Source: Dehalococcoidia bacterium
Lineage (GTDB): Bacteria > Chloroflexota > Dehalococcoidia > GIF9 > AB-539-J10
Direction: 5' to 3'
DNA: 58,535 nt
Assembly: GCA_046483735.1 (NCBI GenBank)
Contig: JAWOCP010000023.1
Span: 1 to 58,535, forward strand
Shown here: piece by piece, positions 56,696-58,535 of the stretch
How the letters are laid out: each line of letters starts with the position of its first letter
Position numbering within the stretch: position 1 is the first letter of the stretch
The notes under the pieces: model-generated
The model's database searches: none
What the model was told of the DNA's origin: nothing
Seen by the model: only the letters and a program-made list of their open reading frames with translations
Position numbers and translations under genes: made by a program

Positions 56696-58234
56696 CTAAT
56701 TCTCCCTTTCATAAACGTTAAGGCGGGGCAGTATGCCGGGGATTTCCTCGAATATTCTAGCGGTTGTCTCCCGATCGATGTGTTCCACCGGCTTTGCCAG
56801 CAATTCCTTCATTCGTTCATTTGCGAGCTCGAAAACATCGTCCGCCTCGCCACTCCCCTCAAAGGGGTATATCCCGGATAGTTCTCCACTGCGCAACACG
56901 GGGCGAATGTAGCTTATGTACAGCTTTTGCGGCGTGGCTGCCACCGCCCGTATCTGCTTCAGCACTGCTTCCAACTCCGATTGGTCAATCCGCGGTTGCA
57001 GCAAGAAAAACTTTATCATCTTGAAGTGGGCGTCATCCAGGACTGCCTGGAGCAGAGAGAAGATAGAATTGCAGTCCAGCAAACCAAAGGCGCAGTGCAG
57101 GTACTGAGGTCCGGACATGGCCACCACTATGTCCGAGAAGAGCCTCTCTACCGATGATTGCTGACCGGGTATCTTGGAGTCACAGACGCCGGAGGTAGAG
57201 TAGTTGGGTATCCCGTAGAAGCGTGCCATCTGGACGCAGTCGATGTTGTACTGACTGGTCTCGACAGAACCGTAGGAATCGCTCAGTGTGTCCATCCTGG
57301 CTCTAACAGGCACGCTGCCGTAAAGCACCGGGGTGCCCGGTCTTACCAGTTGTCCGAGGGTTATGCCTGCCAGCACCTCCGCGTTTATCTGAGCCATGAT
57401 ACCGGCTTCCTTGATTGGTGCGGTGGTGCCCGCTTGCGGTGACGACGACACAACGACTGGCAATCCGCGGCGGCATACTTCAATGAAGGTGTCCGTGGTG
57501 TCCTCGACGAACTGGAGCGGGCTCTTCACCAGGCAGGTGATAAACGAGATGATGGGGTTATCGGCAAGTGCCTTTTCGCCTCCAGCTATGAGTTCTGCCA
57601 TTCTCACCACGTTATCAAGCTGTTTTAGACTGGTCAACCCGGTCATGAAGTGCTTCGTGTTGTTGTTAAGCGAGGCAAAGAATTTGTTGACGTCTTTGTT
57701 CTCCTCGGTTATGTCGGGGTCCTGGATATTCACGGTACGGATGTAGCCGTCAACCATCTCCAGATGTTCGCACACATGTGCCGACTGGCAGAGGTCCTTC
57801 ACTGTACCTCGCCTGGGCTTAAACTCGGGCACCCTGATTTCCCGGGCAGGGTCAGACTTATGCACATAGGTGGGAAAATCCACATCCAGCCAGATATTGG
57901 TCTCCGAGCCGGTAATCAGGTATACCCTGGGCTCGTTGCCGTGCATGATGAGGGTATTGTCCGGGTTCCGGGCTCCCAGTTTGACGGTCTTGGGAGCTGA
58001 GTCCAGCGCACTCAATACCACCTGCTCTGGTATCTTTACCTGCCAGCTGCGATGGTCACCGGGGATAGATTCAACCGCTGCGCCATGGCTGTGCAGTATA
58101 TTCGCCGCTTCCTCGTTGAAGCTGATTAGCCCGGGGTCAGTCAGTATCTCAATGGAAGCGTGGTGAATCATCTCCACCTGCTTCTTGGTCAGCCTTTCAT
58201 ATGGTCTGTCAACGAGTATTCCTTCTCTTGGCAC
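56696..58234 (-). CDS. MttB-superfamily methyltransferase, non-pyrrolysine type
   Basis: 512 aa, GTG start with AGGAGG upstream. The N-terminus YERLTKKQVEMIHHASIEILTDPGL and overall length fit the trimethylamine methyltransferase (MttB) family. There is no in-frame TAG. It is followed directly by a corrinoid protein. Confidence 0.8.
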   Translation of the reverse strand: MPREGILVDRPYERLTKKQVEMIHHASIEILTDPGLISFNEEAANILHSHGAAVESIPGDHRSWQVKIPEQVVLSALDSAPKTVKLGARNPDNTLIMHGNEPRVYLITGSETNIWLDVDFPTYVHKSDPAREIRVPEFKPRRGTVKDLCQSAHVCEHLEMVDGYIRTVNIQDPDITEENKDVNKFFASLNNNTKHFMTGLTSLKQLDNVVRMAELIAGGEKALADNPIISFITCLVKSPLQFVEDTTDTFIEVCRRGLPVVVSSSPQAGTTAPIKEAGIMAQINAEVLAGITLGQLVRPGTPVLYGSVPVRARMDTLSDSYGSVETSQYNIDCVQMARFYGIPNYSTSGVCDSKIPGQQSSVERLFSDIVVAMSGPQYLHCAFGLLDCNSIFSLLQAVLDDAHFKMIKFFLLQPRIDQSELEAVLKQIRAVAATPQKLYISYIRPVLRSGELSGIYPFEGSGEADDVFELANERMKELLAKPVEHIDRETTARIFEEIPGILPRLNVYEREN

Positions 58235-58282
58235 CGGATTCCTCCTAGTTTTGTGTACTTACCCCGATTTCATCGGGCGCGG

Positions 58283-58535
58283 CCGCCCCATTAATTGGGC
58301 GGCTACATAGAATGATTGCCATTCTAGTCTTGCGTGCCAGAAGCGAGACCTTCTACCACAGCGACAGCCTGAAAGCCATCCGCGCCATATCCATCCGCGC
58401 CGATGGCTTTCAGGCTGTCGCTGTGGTAGAAGCTCTCGCTTCTGGCACGCAAGACTAGAATAGCAATCATTCTATGTAGCCGCCCCATCAATTGGGCGGC
58501 TACATAGAATGATTGCTATTCTAGTCTTGCGTGCC
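58283..58535. repeat. nested inverted-repeat structure at the window edge, built from the 3' end of a corrinoid-protein gene plus a REP-like hairpin
   Basis: Arm X (58305-58380) and its reverse complement (58402-58477) differ at 2 positions. The hairpins gccgccccattaattgggcggc (58283-58304) and gccgccccatcaattgggcggc (58479-58500) flank them. X restarts at 58501 and runs to the window end. On the relevant strands the arms read ...ADGFQAVAVVE(G/A)LASGTQD*. Confidence 0.8.

Noticed and set aside
56696-58234. Pyrrolysine-encoding trimethylamine methyltransferase
   Set aside because: The reading frame is uninterrupted, with no in-frame TAG. It therefore belongs to the non-Pyl branch of the MttB superfamily. 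No pyl genes are present in the window.

Overview
The window is 58.5 kb of bacterial DNA that reads like a single metagenomic contig. My guess is Chloroflexota, Dehalococcoidia-like. This is inference only, from a str operon without tuf, a bS22-type mini-ORF, MttB/corrinoid genes and the repeat families present.

About one third (32.0-51.4 kb, minus strand) is an uninterrupted ribosomal supercluster: rpsL-rpsG-fusA, then S10, spc and alpha operon genes, then truA-rplM-rpsI. It is preceded by tRNA-Gln.

The left half carries housekeeping and transport genes:
- uvrC, a xerC/D-like recombinase, pcm, hypF, def, trpS and two tRNA-Glu genes
- a livHMGF branched-chain amino acid ABC transporter
- a peptide (Opp/Dpp-type) ABC transporter, followed by a LivJ/K-like binding protein
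- several secreted or membrane proteins of unknown function

The right end (51.7-58.2 kb, minus strand) is the least ordinary part. It holds a non-pyrrolysine MttB-family methyltransferase, a corrinoid protein and two AsnB-type paralogues. One paralogue lacks the catalytic N-terminal Cys. A decayed corrinoid-protein fragment lies between the two, and a PhnP/PqqB-like MBL hydrolase follows.

Other points worth a second look:
- an unlisted 31-aa bS22-like ORF translationally coupled between rplW and rplB
- at least five families of short palindromic (REP/MITE-like) repeats that fill the intergenic regions and appear to have been absorbed in-frame into hypF, the rplM 3' end and other gene tails
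- a livF 3' relic suggesting that the peptide-transporter block interrupts a liv locus
- a nested inverted-repeat structure at the right edge of the window

I found no CRISPR array, rRNA, transposase, prophage or recognisable defence system. All calls come from reading the sequence and the ORF track; no searches were run.
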